Counted from the whole stretch's first letter, positions 11,500-24,699 are shown. The stretch: 63,798 nt of DNA, filler included, from Lama guanicoe (GCA_013239625.1; 77 parts of 75 records of this genome joined end to end with filler, not necessarily neighbours in it); one strand, 5' to 3'. Program-made: numbers and translations. Notes: generated by a model not told the origin, from the sequence alone.

Positions 11500-11780
11500 C
11501 AGAGTTGGAGTCTTTTGATTGTAGGTGACAAAATCAATCTCCAGTGTGTTTAAACAACAACCAAAAAATGGGGATGCATGGGATTTATTGGTTCCTGTAA
11601 ATGAAAACCTCAGGTCTGAGGTCTGGCTTCAGTCAAGGAGAGATACTCTAGCCCAGATGATGTCAAGGGCTGCTTTTGTCCTGTCTTCATTCTGTGTCCA
11701 AAGATGTCTCAGCATGTTGCTTCTAGGCACGCAGCATCCCAGATCATCCATCCAAACCAAGACAGGTCTCTTTTGGCAGA
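11500..11780 (-). mobile_element. Probable old MaLR (MLT1-type) LTR fragment
   Basis: GAGTCTTTTGATTGTAGGTGACAAAA...GGATTTATTGGTTCCTGTAAATGAAAA...TCTGGCTTCAG resembles an antisense MLT1 end. Confidence 0.5.
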
Positions 11781-11943
11781 TTCCTCTCTTAATGGAGGAA
11801 GCTTATGGTTCACATGGGCACCAGTATGTATCTCCTCACATAANNNNNNNNNNNNNNNNNNNNNNNNNNNNNNNNNNNNNNNNNNNNTTAATTAATTAAN
11901 NNNNNNNNNNNNNNNNNNNNNNNNNNNNNNNNNNNNNNNNNNN

Positions 11944-12727
11944 GGGATATAACGGATTGCCTAAGCTCGTTTCCCCTGAGGGTTTTCCTAATATCTCGCT
12001 GCCAGGGATTGCTAGGGATCTGCGCTGAAATTCCCAGGGTCAGCGGCTGCCACCCCAAGGTCAAGGAATGTATTTCTCGGAGTTCCCCCATACCGGGAAA
12101 ACCTGTGAGTGAAGAGAGCTGCGTGGAGTTGTCTCTCGAGCTCCCCCACGCACTGATTATGGTTCCAGAATCCAGAGCTTGGGGAGCTTCCACCAACAGT
12201 TGGGAGTGCGTGCATTCTAAAGGATTGCCTAAGCTCGTCTCCCCTGAGGGTTTTGCTTAGTACTGGCTGCCAGTGAATGCAAGGGATCTGCGCTGGAATG
12301 CCCAGGGTCAGCAGTAGCCAGCCCAAGGTTTGGGAAGGTATTTCTCGGAAACCCCCGAACAGGGAACACCTGTGACCTAAGAGAGCTGCGTGGAGATGTC
12401 CCTCGAGGTCCCCCACGCACTGATTATTGTTCCGGAATCCTGAGCGTGAGGAGGTTCCACCAACGGTCGGCAGCGCATGGGTTCTTAGGGAATGCTTAAG
12501 CTCGTCTGCCCTGAGGGTTTTGCTAATTTCTGGCTGCCAGTGAATGCTAGGGATCTGCGCTGGTATGCCCAGGGTCAGCAGCAGCCAGCCCAAGGTTTGA
12601 GAATGTGTTTCTCGGACTCCTAAAACAGGGAATAACTGTGACTGAAGAGAGCTGCGTGGAGTTATGAGCTCCACCACTCACTGATTATGGTTCCGGAATC
12701 CTGAGCGTAGGGAGGTTCCACCAACGG
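11944..12727 (+). repeat. Satellite family B (variant subfamily)
   Basis: TAAGCTCGT at ~11962, ~12230 and ~12497 (period 267-268). Carries the variant GCTAGGGATCTGCGCTG. Confidence 0.95.
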
Positions 12728-12947
12728 NNNNNNNNNNNNNNNNNNNNNNNNNNNNNNNNNNNNNNNNNNNNTTAATTAATTAANNNNNNNNNNNNNNNNN
12801 NNNNNNNNNNNNNNNNNNNNNNNNNNNCACAGAGAACCGGGCCGACCCCAAGCCCCTGCTGGGGGAGGGCCTGCCCGCCAATTTGAGCCCTGGGGGCTGC
12901 TTCTGTCCCTTAGCTGGGGCCTCAGACCTCCCTTCACATCCCAGTCC

Positions 12948-13661
12948 TGTTGATACAAGAAAAAAAAACGTTGGGCATGAGCAGGGCTGTTTCCCAGGCT
13001 TTGGTTGAGCCTCTGGGATTTGCCCCACCAGATTTTGTTCCTTAGCTTTGTGCAGTAAAGAATTCAAGAGCAAGCCAGTGTTGAGTAAATGTAGATTTAT
13101 TCAGAGAGATACATTGAAATGCAAGAGAAAGGTCACGAGGTTTGGGGGTTGGATGCTCAGATTAAAAGTANNNNNNNNNNNNNNNNNNNNNNNNNNNNNN
13201 NNNNNNNNNNNNNNNNNNNNNNNNNNNNNNNNNNNNNNNNNNNNNNNNNNNNNNNNNNNNNNNNNNNNNNNNNNNNNNNNNNNNNNNNNNNNNNNNNNNN
13301 NNNNNNNNNNNNNNNACCGCGAGGTGGCGCTGTGTTGCTTGTTTTCTTGGGCTTGGCGGTTTCATATGCTAATAAGTAGAAGGACCAGCCTTAGGGCAAG
13401 GGGCTGGGATTCCCAGGGAGTTAGCCACTTCCCACCCTGTGACCTTTTGTGGCTAGCCTTGGGACTCCCACGGTGCCTGGGGGCGTGTTATTCACCATGT
13501 TACTATTAAAAGGTGTTTACTGAAGCTCAAGATCTGCTAGAAGTTAAATCTCTTCATCCTGAGCCTCAAGGCATGTTGGGGGTTGAATCCTTCACCATTT
13601 TGATGTTAATTGCTGTGGCCTTCCTTGAATGGCTGTGCTCTGCCCCCTCCCATCCTGTCTC
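12948..13661 (-). mobile_element. Probable ERV1-type solo LTR
   Basis: Starts TG, ends CA. Has AAAGAATTCAAGAGCAAGCC...AGATTTATT (antisense AATAAA) and TTTCATATGCTAAT, a layout typical of ERV1 LTRs. Confidence 0.55.
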
Positions 13662-14416
13662 ACTGTGATGACACAGAGAGAGCAAAGGCCGGGCTCTGCC
13701 TCTGCTCCTGCATTTAACAGGGGGAGTGGTGGGGTGGGCTGAGGATGACTCTGAGTGGTGAGAATGATGTTTCAGATGTTCCCACGTGAGACATGGGGAC
13801 GTGCCAGCAGCCATCGCAGATTTATCTCACGGGATTTATCNNNNNNNNNNNNNNNNNNNNNNNNNNNNNNNNNNNNNNNNNNNNTTAATTAATTAANNNN
13901 NNNNNNNNNNNNNNNNNNNNNNNNNNNNNNNNNNNNNNNNTGTCAATTAAAAACACAAAAAAACTTCAATTTACTTTTGTAATGATAAAGGGAAAAAGAA
14001 ATGTGGTTTCCAACTCAAATCTAACCAAACAAGGTATATTCGAGTATGGTCTAGCCGTCACTATAAGATCTGCAAGTGTCTCAAATGCCTGGGGGAGATG
14101 GATGAGGAAACCCTGATCTCTACAGACGCTGAAACCCACGGTCTTTTCCCTTTCTGGCTGGGCTTTGGATGAAACGACAAGGTTTCAGCAGTATTTCAGC
14201 AGTGGATTTTCAAATTTTAGCCTAACAACAGCTTTGTATGCAATGAGGACACAGGACTAAGAAATTCTGAATAAAATCGGAAGAAGCTGGAATAGAATCA
14301 ATTAAAATGAGGAATGAAATAGGGCATTTGAATGAAACCCAGGACTTCCAATTCAGGTCTGCAACCATCAAGCCAAAAACTGAGACACAGGCTTCTTCCT
14401 GGCTGAACAGGGACAT

Positions 14417-14786
14417 CACAGCCGCGCACACAGACCATTTACTCACAGGGACGGACAATCGGGCGGTTACAGGACGTGCGGTGTGAAGCCCCTTGCGGTG
14501 GACGGTTCAGTGGGGCGCAGCCTCTGCCCTGTACCCCCCCCCGGAGACCCAGGGTGACCCGAAGAGGGGGTGGCACTGGCGCTGTCTCTGCGCCTTGGGC
14601 GGCCGGGCCGGGGCCGCCGATGTCCGGCGACGGGCACAGTCGCCCTGGTCCAGCGGGGACGCCACGGGCTGGGTGCCCCCCACCTGCTCGCTGCCTGAAC
14701 CCCGCAGCGCAGAGAAGCCCGATTCCAGGACCCCGATTCCTGAGGAGGAGCCGGCAAAACGCGGGGGACGCGGCTTTGAGGCGGCG
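14417..14786. promoter_or_regulatory. CpG island edge (probable promoter or first-exon region)
   Basis: Sharp rise in GC and CpG density (GGCGGCCGGGCCGGGGCCGCCG), truncated by the scaffold end. Confidence 0.7.
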
Positions 14787-15839
14787 NNNNNNNNNNNNNN
14801 NNNNNNNNNNNNNNNNNNNNNNNNNNNNNNTTAATTAATTAANNNNNNNNNNNNNNNNNNNNNNNNNNNNNNNNNNNNNNNNNNNNATTCTGGAAAAGGA
14901 TAAAATAGGACCAACTGTAGGAGGTATTAATCTATGTTCGTGGAAACAGTATAGAAATAGTGCACTGAGAGTATAAATGAAATAGAATACATTTCAAGAA
15001 TAGACGTGGATATTTAAGAGATTTTAGTAATATTATAAAACTGACACTTAAAATCAGTGGGTTCAAGTACTGGTGTAATTTGCTAAATCATTAGAAGGCC
15101 TGGTACATTGTCCTCACTTTTGACATTAAAATAAATTCCAGATAATTTTTTAATTAAAAAATAAAACACTAGAAATAACCCAACATGATTTAATCTATTC
15201 AGATATTCAAGCAAGAAGAACTTTCTAAAAAGCTTTTGGAACAAAGACCAACAAGAGCAAAGGCCTAGCAACTCACCAAGGCCAGAAACGCCCCTGTAAC
15301 AAAACTGACCCTCGCCCAACCCTCTCTCACGGCCCTGTATTGCTCTGTGATACTTTCTATACTTTCTTCTTCGCTTTAAACTCCAGTTTCTAGGAGAAGT
15401 GCCTGCGCTGATGACTCCTCCAGGACTCAGAGCCCTGCATCCCTCACGGCCCTCACCGCGGCACTGAGACAGGAGTTGCACTGACGGTGGCTGCGTGTTT
15501 CAAACCAGTGGGCATTTTCAGCTCCTGTTTATTTGATTACCAGGTAGCTTTTGCCATGGACAAATATTTTCCTCTCAGTGGAATGTTTTCCCCCCTTAAT
15601 TTTTGTTTTACTTAAATAAATTTTAAAAGCCCAGGCAGAAAAGTGTGTGTGCACATATGCACATACTCAGATACACACAGATCTGTTTTATAAAGGCTAC
15701 CTAAGTATAGTCCTCCTCCGCCTTTTCCTCAGTTTAGACNNNNNNNNNNNNNNNNNNNNNNNNNNNNNNNNNNNNNNNNNNNNTTAATTAATTAANNNNN
15801 NNNNNNNNNNNNNNNNNNNNNNNNNNNNNNNNNNNNNNN

Positions 15840-16383
15840 ACTACCCCAAAAAGAAAACTATAGGCCAATATCATTGATAAACATAGATTTAATTGTCCTT
15901 AAGAAATTATTAATAAACAGAATCCAACAGCATGTAAAAAAAGATCATGCACCATTTACACCTTAGGTTCATCCCAGGAACACAAGGATGGTTTACCATT
16001 TGCAAATCAATCAAACAATTGTGATACACCATATCAACAAAAGAGAAGACAAAAACGATATGATCATCTCAGTAGATGCAGAAAANNNNNNNNNNNNNNN
16101 NNNNNNNNNNNNNNNNNNNNNNNNNNNNNNNNNNNNNNNNNNNNNNNNNNNNNNNNNNNNNCTAACCCAACGAAAGCTATTTATGACAAATATTTAGCCA
16201 GCAAACACTCAATGGTGAAAAACTGGAACCCTTTCCACAAAAACCTGAGACAATACAAGGATGCACATTCTCACAATTTCAGTATAGTCTTGGAACTCCT
16301 AGCCACAACGATCAAGCAAGAAAAATAAATGAAGTGATTCAGACTGTAAAAGAAGAGTTAAAACTGTCATGATATGCAGATAT
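15840..16383 (+). mobile_element. LINE-1 ORF2 reverse transcriptase fragment, degenerate
   Basis: [33 protein letters not shown] and QGC motifs, ending at Y-A-D. Confidence 0.93.
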
Positions 16384-16483
16384 NNNNNNNNNNNNNNNNN
16401 NNNNNNNNNNNNNNNNNNNNNNNNNNNTTAATTAATTAANNNNNNNNNNNNNNNNNNNNNNNNNNNNNNNNNNNNNNNNNNNN

Positions 16484-16929
16484 TAGAACACAGAATATAG
16501 AATATGGAAAAGAGAATACAGAACCCAGAATTGAGGGCATGGAATGCAGAACACAGAATGTAGAATATAGAAAACAGAATACTGAATATAAAATTTCGAA
16601 TATACAATGTAGAACACAGAATTTAGAATATAGAATAAAGAATACTGAATATAGAAATTAGAATATAGAATGTAGAACACAGAATATAGAATATAGAATN
16701 NNNNNNNNNNNNNNNNNNNNAGAGAATATACCCAGAAATTAGAACACGGAAAGCAGAACACAGAATTTAGAACATAGGATACAGAATACTTAATATAATA
16801 TTTACAATATAGAATGTTGAACACAGAGAATAGAATATAGAATACGGAACACTGTATATAGTATTTTGAATATAGAATGTAGAACCCAGATTAGAGAATA
16901 TAGAATATGGAATGCAGAATATAGAATTC
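16484..16929 (+). repeat. Heptamer satellite C
   Basis: Degenerate (AGAATAT)n. Confidence 0.95.
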
Positions 16930-17219
16930 NNNNNNNNNNNNNNNNNNNNNNNNNNNNNNNNNNNNNNNNNNNNTTAATTAATTAANNNNNNNNNNNNNNN
17001 NNNNNNNNNNNNNNNNNNNNNNNNNNNNNTATCCAGCCATCCATACTGGATACATTGAGTAGGGCATTTCTTATCCAGACTCAATATGTGACATTCCTCA
17101 CAGCTTGTTTATCAGTTCAGCCCATGGGCTCATTCTCTAGAGTCTTCAGACAGGATCCTAAAAATCCAACATCCCTTGACAGAAAAATGGATGAAGAAAA
17201 TTTGATGTTTGTATGCAAT

Positions 17220-17810
17220 GGATTCAATACTTTGCATTCTTATCAACAGTGTCCACGGTGTTACTTTTTCTCCATAATCTCACCAAAATCTGTTTCTTTT
17301 CTTTTTGATGAGAACCTTCTGACAAGTGTGAGGTCTTGTCTCATTTTTGGTTTATGACATCGCTAATAATTTATAACTCTGAACACGTTTTCATGTATTT
17401 TATAGCCAACTGTATGTGTTCTGAAGAAAATTGATTCAGATCTACTATCTATTCAGTTACTATGTACATCTTTTTGAATTGGATTGTTTGCTATTTTTTG
17501 TTCTCGTTTTGGGGTAAGACTTTGCCATACATTTTGGATATTAACACTTGATTAGAAATTATCACTTGCAAACATATTCTCCCGTTGTGTTTGTTGACTG
17601 TTCATTTTATTGATCATTACTTCTGCAGTGTAAATCTGTTTAGTGTGACACAATCATATTTTGTTAGTTTTACTTCTGGTTCCCTTGCCAGAGGAGACAT
17701 ATGTAGAATCAAATTAAGTCAAAAGTCAGAGTGTACTTGTTATGTTTTACCCTAGGATTCCTTGTTTTCAGGATTTATGTTTCTTATGCCCAGGAGTGGG
17801 ATTGCTGTGT
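17220..17810 (-). mobile_element. Older LINE-1 ORF2 3' region (antisense)
   Basis: TTCTGACAAGTGTGAGGTCTTGTCTCATT...TTGGATATTAAC...TTGCAAACATATTCTCCC pattern. Confidence 0.8.
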
Positions 17811-17910
17811 NNNNNNNNNNNNNNNNNNNNNNNNNNNNNNNNNNNNNNNNNNNNTTAATTAATTAANNNNNNNNNNNNNNNNNNNNNNNNNNNNNNNNNN
17901 NNNNNNNNNN

Positions 17911-18880
17911 CCATAAGGCACCCAGCTCATTTCACTACAAATATACTACAGGCCAGAAGAGAGTGGCAAGATATATTCAATGTCCTGAATGAAAAAAAGA
18001 TATACCCTAGGATACTTTAATCAGCAAGGCTATCCTCTATTACAGAAGGAGACATAAAGAATTTCACAGACAAGAAAAAGCTACAAGAGTTTAGTAAAAC
18101 TAGACCCATGCTAAAATAAATATTCAAAGGTCTACTCTAAAATGAAAAGCAGCAGGATGCTACAGAAATGTGAAACTCACAGCTGGAAAGGTGATAACTC
18201 ATGAATTGCAAATAAAAAAACCCCAAAATTTTAAAAAAAGACATAAAATCATTGAGAGTGGGAAATGGAGGCAGGAAAATAGAGAATTTTTTATTTTTGG
18301 TCTTTCCTTTTAAAAATTTTTGTTCTCAGTAGGATGGGTCTGAGATCATGTTACTATAAGTTTAATAAAAGCAGTTATAGTAATGGTCTAATAGGCTTAT
18401 ATAAAAGGGCAAAAATAAGACAAAACATATTCATGAGTCAGTAAAANNNNNNNNNNNNNNNNNNNNNNNNNNNNNNNNNNNNNNNNNNNNNNNNNNNNNN
18501 NNNNNNNNNNNNNNNNNNNNNNNNNNNNNNNNNNNNNNNNNNNNNNNNNNNNNNNNNNNNNNNNNNNNNNNNNNNNNNNNNNNNNNNNNNNNNNNNNNNN
18601 NNNNNNNNNNNNNNNNNNNNNNNNNNNNNATGTTAATGGATGCTGCAGTCAAAATGTCATTGTGTGGCTGGCTGGATAATAAAGCAAGAACATTCAATAT
18701 GCTGCAAACAAAAACCCACATCAAGGAGAAGGACACATATAGATTGAGATAAAAGGATGGAAAAGTTTATTCCATACTAATGGAAAAGCCAAAAAAGCAG
18801 GTGTTGCCATACTGATTTCAGACAAAAGAGTTTTAAAACAAAGGCTATAAAGATAAAGAAGGATATTTTATAATGATTGC
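17911..18880 (+). mobile_element. LINE-1 ORF1 C-terminus, inter-ORF region and start of ORF2 endonuclease
   Basis: LQARREWQDIFNVLNEK...PRIL..ARLS (ORF1 CTD), then NVNG...KAKKAGVAILISDK (ORF2 EN). Confidence 0.92.
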
Positions 18881-19149
18881 NNNNNNNNNNNNNNNNNNNN
18901 NNNNNNNNNNNNNNNNNNNNNNNNTTAATTAATTAANNNNNNNNNNNNNNNNNNNNNNNNNNNNNNNNNNNNNNNNNNNNTAGAAAACTACTGTATATAA
19001 AATCCTTCTTGTTATCATTTGCGCTCGAGGAAATGAGGAAAGGAATTTGGTGCTGTTTCAGGTTGTCTAAGGCTAGATCTGATCAAAGATAGGGTGATAG
19101 GCTGTGCTGCTGGACCATCACAAGTGGAATGGGATTTCCACCTTAGTTT

Positions 19150-19300
19150 TTAAATTCAGGCAGACGAGTTCAAATCTTGCCTTTACCAGTTGCTAGCTTT
19201 GTGACTTTGAGGAAGAAAGTTTACTTTTTTGTGTCCAATTTTCTTTATCTGTAAATAAGTTCAGTATTTATTTTAGGGTTTTTTTTTAGAAATGAATGAG
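19150..19300 (+). mobile_element. MIR SINE fragment
   Basis: GAGTTCAAATCTTGCCTTTACCAGTTGCTAGCTTTGTGACTTTGAG...TTTCTTTATCTGTAAAAT core. Confidence 0.7.
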
Positions 19301-19368
19301 TTAATTCCCTCATTTATACCTAAAATAACTGATCGCGTGGTTCTATACTGGTGCCTTGGTAGTTGATT

Positions 19369-19466
19369 ACTAAGGGAGTTGGCAATGAAATGGGGGTTGG
19401 AGCCCCTGGATCATAGAACTAAGGGAGTTGGCAATGAAATGGGGGTTGGAGCCCCTGGATCATAGA
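19369..19466. repeat. Perfect 49-bp tandem duplication
   Basis: 19369-19417 is identical to 19418-19466. Confidence 0.95.
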
Positions 19467-21503
19467 GAATATATTCCAGAATATGCTTGTAAAAGACTGG
19501 ATGTGCAGTGGATTTTTAGTAAATATCCATTCTTTTCCTAATCCCCATTGATTATATATATATTTACACTAATATATGAGCTATTTTTGTTGCAATTTAA
19601 ATTTCTTTGTAGTATTTGAAATATGTAGCTATAACAAAAATATGTGAAATAATGATTTGATTTTTATTTTTCTTTCAATAAGCAAAACAAAAGAAAATAG
19701 AAAAGAAGGAAAGTTTTGAAGGATTAGAAATAATTTTATTTCCATGGAATCAAGACTCCATATTAAGTTTTTTTCATTTTGTGGTTAAACGGCATGTAAA
19801 ATTAATAGGTTGTGACTNNNNNNNNNNNNNNNNNNNNNNNNNNNNNNNNNNNNNNNNNNNNTTAATTAATTAANNNNNNNNNNNNNNNNNNNNNNNNNNN
19901 NNNNNNNNNNNNNNNNNAGAACTCCAGGATTTGAAAAGAGAGGTTCTAATGGATCATGTGTTAAACAGCATTGGATGCTTGATCCTTATAAAAGCATGTT
20001 TAGTCATTGCTGTTTTTGGTAGTGGTTTTACCAAAAATTCTGACAAATTTAATTGTGATAGTTAACAAATAATTGATAGATTATGTGTTATCATATAACA
20101 TAGAATGAATAATTGAATACAAAAAATTCAACATGACTTCTTCTACTCTAACTCTATTGAAGTGTTCATATTGACAACTGCCATCTCCTTACACAATAGT
20201 TGCATTTAGTTAAATGTCTTGAAAAACATTATTTGGAAAACTCAAGGTCCTCGGTTGCCAGAACCTTTAATGTGCAATTGATTTTCACAATTTATGGTTC
20301 TAAGAGAGTTGCTCCAAGTCAAGGTGAGGGAATCTGTTAATCAAAATTGACAGAGAGGTACAGAGAGGATTGCTTCCAGGTAGTTTTCTTTTTTCAAAGA
20401 CACACAGGCATTGTGTGAACAAGACACTTCTGTTGTTTTTGTTTTTGAGTTAAGATTTTATTGCTGAATTCTGATCAAAATAATTTATACATTTTAAACT
20501 TGCACTGATTGAAGGGAAAATCTGCACAAGATGGATTGGTTAAATTGAACTTTGTACTCTTTTTTGACAAGTCTGTGTCCCAATAATTTTGCATATAGAT
20601 CAAGAACAATATTTCAAGGCATTCTCACCAANNNNNNNNNNNNNNNNNNNNNNNNNNNNNNNNNNNNNNNNNNNNTTAATTAATTAANNNNNNNNNNNNN
20701 NNNNNNNNNNNNNNNNNNNNNNNNNNNNNNNTTAAAGCAATTATTTTATATATAGAATGTAATTTAGGAAAAAAAACTCCATCTGTAGACTTATAAACAG
20801 GAATCACAAAGGGGTGTCTTTGCAGACATGAACCCGCATGCATAAATGCAAAGCCTATTGATCAAAATCCTTTCCTGTCTCCTAAGCTTAAAAAAAAACT
20901 AAATAATTTAAGGTAGTGGTGAGCTGAAAGTGCTCAGAAAAAAAAGTTCACATCATCAGCCTTCTAGTAGATAAAAGTGTGTCATGCATAATAGAAAAGA
21001 TGACATTTCGTATGGAAATCTATTTTGAGATGCAAACATTTAAAGGCAACCGTGATCTCAAAACCAAGTTCAACCAAAGAGTAACAGAAGCCAACCAAGC
21101 AAATGTGCAGAAATGGACAAAGGTATTGGAGAAGGAGGGGATCTGTGTTCAACCTATACTCCATATCAGCAAACTCATCCTGAATTCAATCCAGTGATTT
21201 GCCATGAGGTCACTCAAGGAACCAGGCAGAAACCATCGGCCAGAAGAAATAGCAACAATGTCAAAGGTAGGTGTGAGATGTGGAAGGGATGACCCTGTGA
21301 ACCTTGCTGCCATGAGGCAGGATGCTCTTGCGGGCTTTCTGCACAGATTGGCTGGCTCACAAACATGACTGTTTAGAAGGATATCAGCCAACAGCTGTGC
21401 CACACGGGCTACAGCCTGAGCTGAGTCACATCTAATAACGGTTCTGAGTTCATCTTTAGATGACATGACCAGAAAGATCTGAGAATCAATGGTGGAGACG
21501 TAC

Positions 21504-21550
21504 CTGAGTATTCATTCCATTTCATGTCTTGGCGGTAAATCTTCAGCTTT
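21504..21550 (-). CDS. Weak candidate 47-nt internal exon (KLKIYRQDMKWNEYS)
   Basis: atttatgttgtag|AAAGCTG...TACTCAG|gtacgt; only one frame is open. Confidence 0.3.
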
Positions 21551-21683
21551 CTACAACATAAATATTGACAAAGATACACACAGNNNNNNNNNNNNNNNNN
21601 NNNNNNNNNNNNNNNNNNNNNNNNNNNTTAATTAATTAANNNNNNNNNNNNNNNNNNNNNNNNNNNNNNNNNNNNNNNNNNNN

Positions 21684-22627
21684 GAGGTTTTACATTGCTA
21701 TTTTGATTTCATTTATAGTGCTCTGTTTGTTCAAGGGGTCAATTTCTTCTTGATTCAGTCTTGGTGGACAGTGTCTTTCCAGAAACTTGTCCATCTCTTC
21801 TAGGTTATACAGTTTGGTCCCATATCTCTTCATAATATTCTGATATGATATTCTGTATTTCTATTTTTTTGTGAAATTACTCCATTCTCCTTTCTTATTT
21901 TGCTAATTTGTGCTCTCTCTCTTTTCTTCTTTTTGAGTTTGGCCAGAGTTCATCGATTTTAATTACTTTTTGGAAAAACCAGCTTTTGGATTGGTTGACT
22001 TTTTTCCTATGGTATTTTTTACCCCTAGTTTATTTATTTCCTCCCGAATATTGATGATTTCCTTCCTTCTGCTGCCTTTTTGTTTTTTTTTTGTCTTGTT
22101 TTTCTAATTCATTCTGCTGGTGGGTTAAATTGTGCATTTGTGTTTGTTCTTCTTTTTTGAGGAAAGCCTGTATCGCTATAAACTCCCCTCTCAGCACTGC
22201 TTTTGCTGTGTCCCATAAATTTTGTGGGATTTGGTATCATCACCTTTTGTCTCAAGGTACTTTTTCATTTCAGCTTTGATTTCTTATTTGACCCATTGGT
22301 TTTTTAATAACATATTGTTTAATCCCCATGTTTTCCTTTGTTTTCCTTTGTTTCTCTGTTTTTGATTTCTAGCTTCATGGCATTGTGGTCATAAAGATGC
22401 ATTGTGGTCATTGCTTGAGGTAATTTCTACCTTCTTAAAATTGCTGAGGTTTCTATTTTGCCCAAGTACATCATGAATCCTGGTAAATGTTCCACGTGCA
22501 CCTGAAAAGAATGTGTATCCTGTTTTAGGGGGTTGCAATGCTTTGAAAAATCCACCAAGTGTAATATTTCTATTGTACTATTTGATTTTTCTGTTGCCTA
22601 ATTTATTTTCTGTCTTAATGATCTTTC
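21684..22627 (-). mobile_element. LINE-1 ORF2 fragment (antisense)
   Basis: TTCAGTCTTGG...CCATCTCTTCTAGG, AAAAACCAGCTTTTGG and CTCTCAGCACTGCTTTTGCTGTGTCCCATAAAT. Confidence 0.93.
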
Positions 22628-22727
22628 NNNNNNNNNNNNNNNNNNNNNNNNNNNNNNNNNNNNNNNNNNNNTTAATTAATTAANNNNNNNNNNNNNNNNN
22701 NNNNNNNNNNNNNNNNNNNNNNNNNNN

Positions 22728-23288
22728 CACGGAAGGTATTTCTCGGACTTCACCCTAACAGGGAACACCTGTGACTTAAGAGAGATGCGTGGAATTGTCT
22801 CTTGTGCTCCCCCACGCACTGATTATGGTTCCGGAATCCTGAGCGGGGGAGTTTCCACCAACGGTCGGCAGCGCGTTGGTTTTAACGGAATGCCTAATCT
22901 AGTCTCCCCTGAGTGTATTCCAAATGTCTGTCTGACAGGAAATCCTGTGGGTAACAGGCATGTCCAGTGTCAACGGTTGCCTCCCGAAAGGTAGGGGGAA
23001 GTTATTTCTCGGACTTCCCCCTAGCAGGGAACGCCTGTGACGGAAGAGAGCTGCGTGGAGTTGTCTCTCGAGATCCACCTCCCACTGATTATGGTTCCGG
23101 GATCCTGAGCGTGGGGAGCTTCCACCAAGTGTCGGCAGCACGTGCGTTCTAAAGGATTGCCTAAGGTCGTCTCCCCTGATGGTTTTCCTAATCTCTGGCT
23201 GCCAGGGAATGCTAGGGATCTGCGTTGCAATTCCCAGGATCATCGGCTGCCACCCCAAGGTCAAGGAAAGAATTTCTTTGTCTTTCCC
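22728..23288 (+). repeat. Satellite family B
   Basis: Two monomers with the same core motifs as 5367-6477 and 11944-12727. Confidence 0.93.
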
Positions 23289-24699
23289 NNNNNNNNNNNN
23301 NNNNNNNNNNNNNNNNNNNNNNNNNNNNNNNNTTAATTAATTAANNNNNNNNNNNNNNNNNNNNNNNNNNNNNNNNNNNNNNNNNNNNAACGTGCTCGGC
23401 ACGTGGTTCCTGGCTGTCGCTGTGTGACGTGCGTGACATGCGTGACAGAGCTTCCTGGCCGACGGTCACTGGAGAGAAAGTGGCCGGCTCGGGGGTGAGC
23501 AGCTGTAGGGGACGCTGTTGGAGGAAGAAGTCATCATTTTGTTATTTAATTTTTTTTTTTGCATTCAACTTCCCCATGCCATTTACTTTACTTTGCCTTC
23601 ATAAAGGGGCAGAATTGGGTCTAAAATCCTTGCCACTCTTTTGTTCCCTTTACGAGGCTTGTTTTTCTGAGTATCAGGACAACATGGCCTTCTAACTAGC
23701 TGGCTCACCTGGATCTGGTGGACACAGGGACCGCTAAATGGGACCGTAGCTTCCTCTCTGCTTCAGCCAGTGGGCATTCAGAGTCAGGTCTGTGGTTTGC
23801 CTCAGCAGCCGTGCAGGCCTNNNNNNNNNNNNNNNNNNNNNNNNNNNNNNNNNNNNNNNNNNNNNNNNNNNNNNNNNNNNNNNNNNNNNNNNNNNNNNNN
23901 NNNNNNNNNNNNNNNNNNNNNNNNNNNNNNNNNNNNNNNNNNNNNNNNNNNNNNNNNNNNNNNNNNNNNNNNNNNNNNNNNNNNNNNNNNNNNNNNNNNN
24001 NNNNNNNNNNNNNNNNNNNNNNNNNNNNNNNNNNNNNNNNNNNNNNNNNNNNNNNNNNNNNNNNNCATGAGGCCTGTCCTTTCATGCTCTGGTCCAAAAG
24101 TGGACACTTCATTTTTCACTGAATTTGCCTCGCTTGAGTCAGGCCAGAATATCTGAATGAGTCCATTCTGGGTGGGGAACAGAATAGAAGTAAATGTCTC
24201 AAGTAGATGGAGTCTAGGCTGTCCGGGTTGGCAAATGAAGGCTGGGATATGTGATGGCCAGGCTGCACCCTGGACACAGGCCTTTCCCGTGGCTCCTGAG
24301 AGTCCAGGGGTCGGATTGAGAACAGACTTTCCTGGGATCCTCCAACNNNNNNNNNNNNNNNNNNNNNNNNNNNNNNNNNNNNNNNNNNNNTTAATTAATT
24401 AANNNNNNNNNNNNNNNNNNNNNNNNNNNNNNNNNNNNNNNNNNNNAGTCTCACAATCAAGGTAAGGGCAGAAGTGATTTAAAGTTACCCAAAAATTCCA
24501 CCCCAAGAGAGCTGTCACTATGTGACCTATCACAAACTCATGCTGTGCAAACAGCCTGTCCCCAGAGTGTGTGTGTAAAACAATCAGCAGTGAGTATTTA
24601 ACATTACAACTGCCTGAGGCAGTGGGACCAGTAGAGGCTAACTAGATGCTGACAAGGAAACTTATAAGGCAAAAATTGAGTAATGAGATGTTCTGGGGG

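Noticed and set aside
12012..12677. 221-aa ORF with 89-aa internal repeats
   Set aside because: A 267-bp monomer equals 89 codons; this is a chance open frame in satellite B, and other copies have stops.
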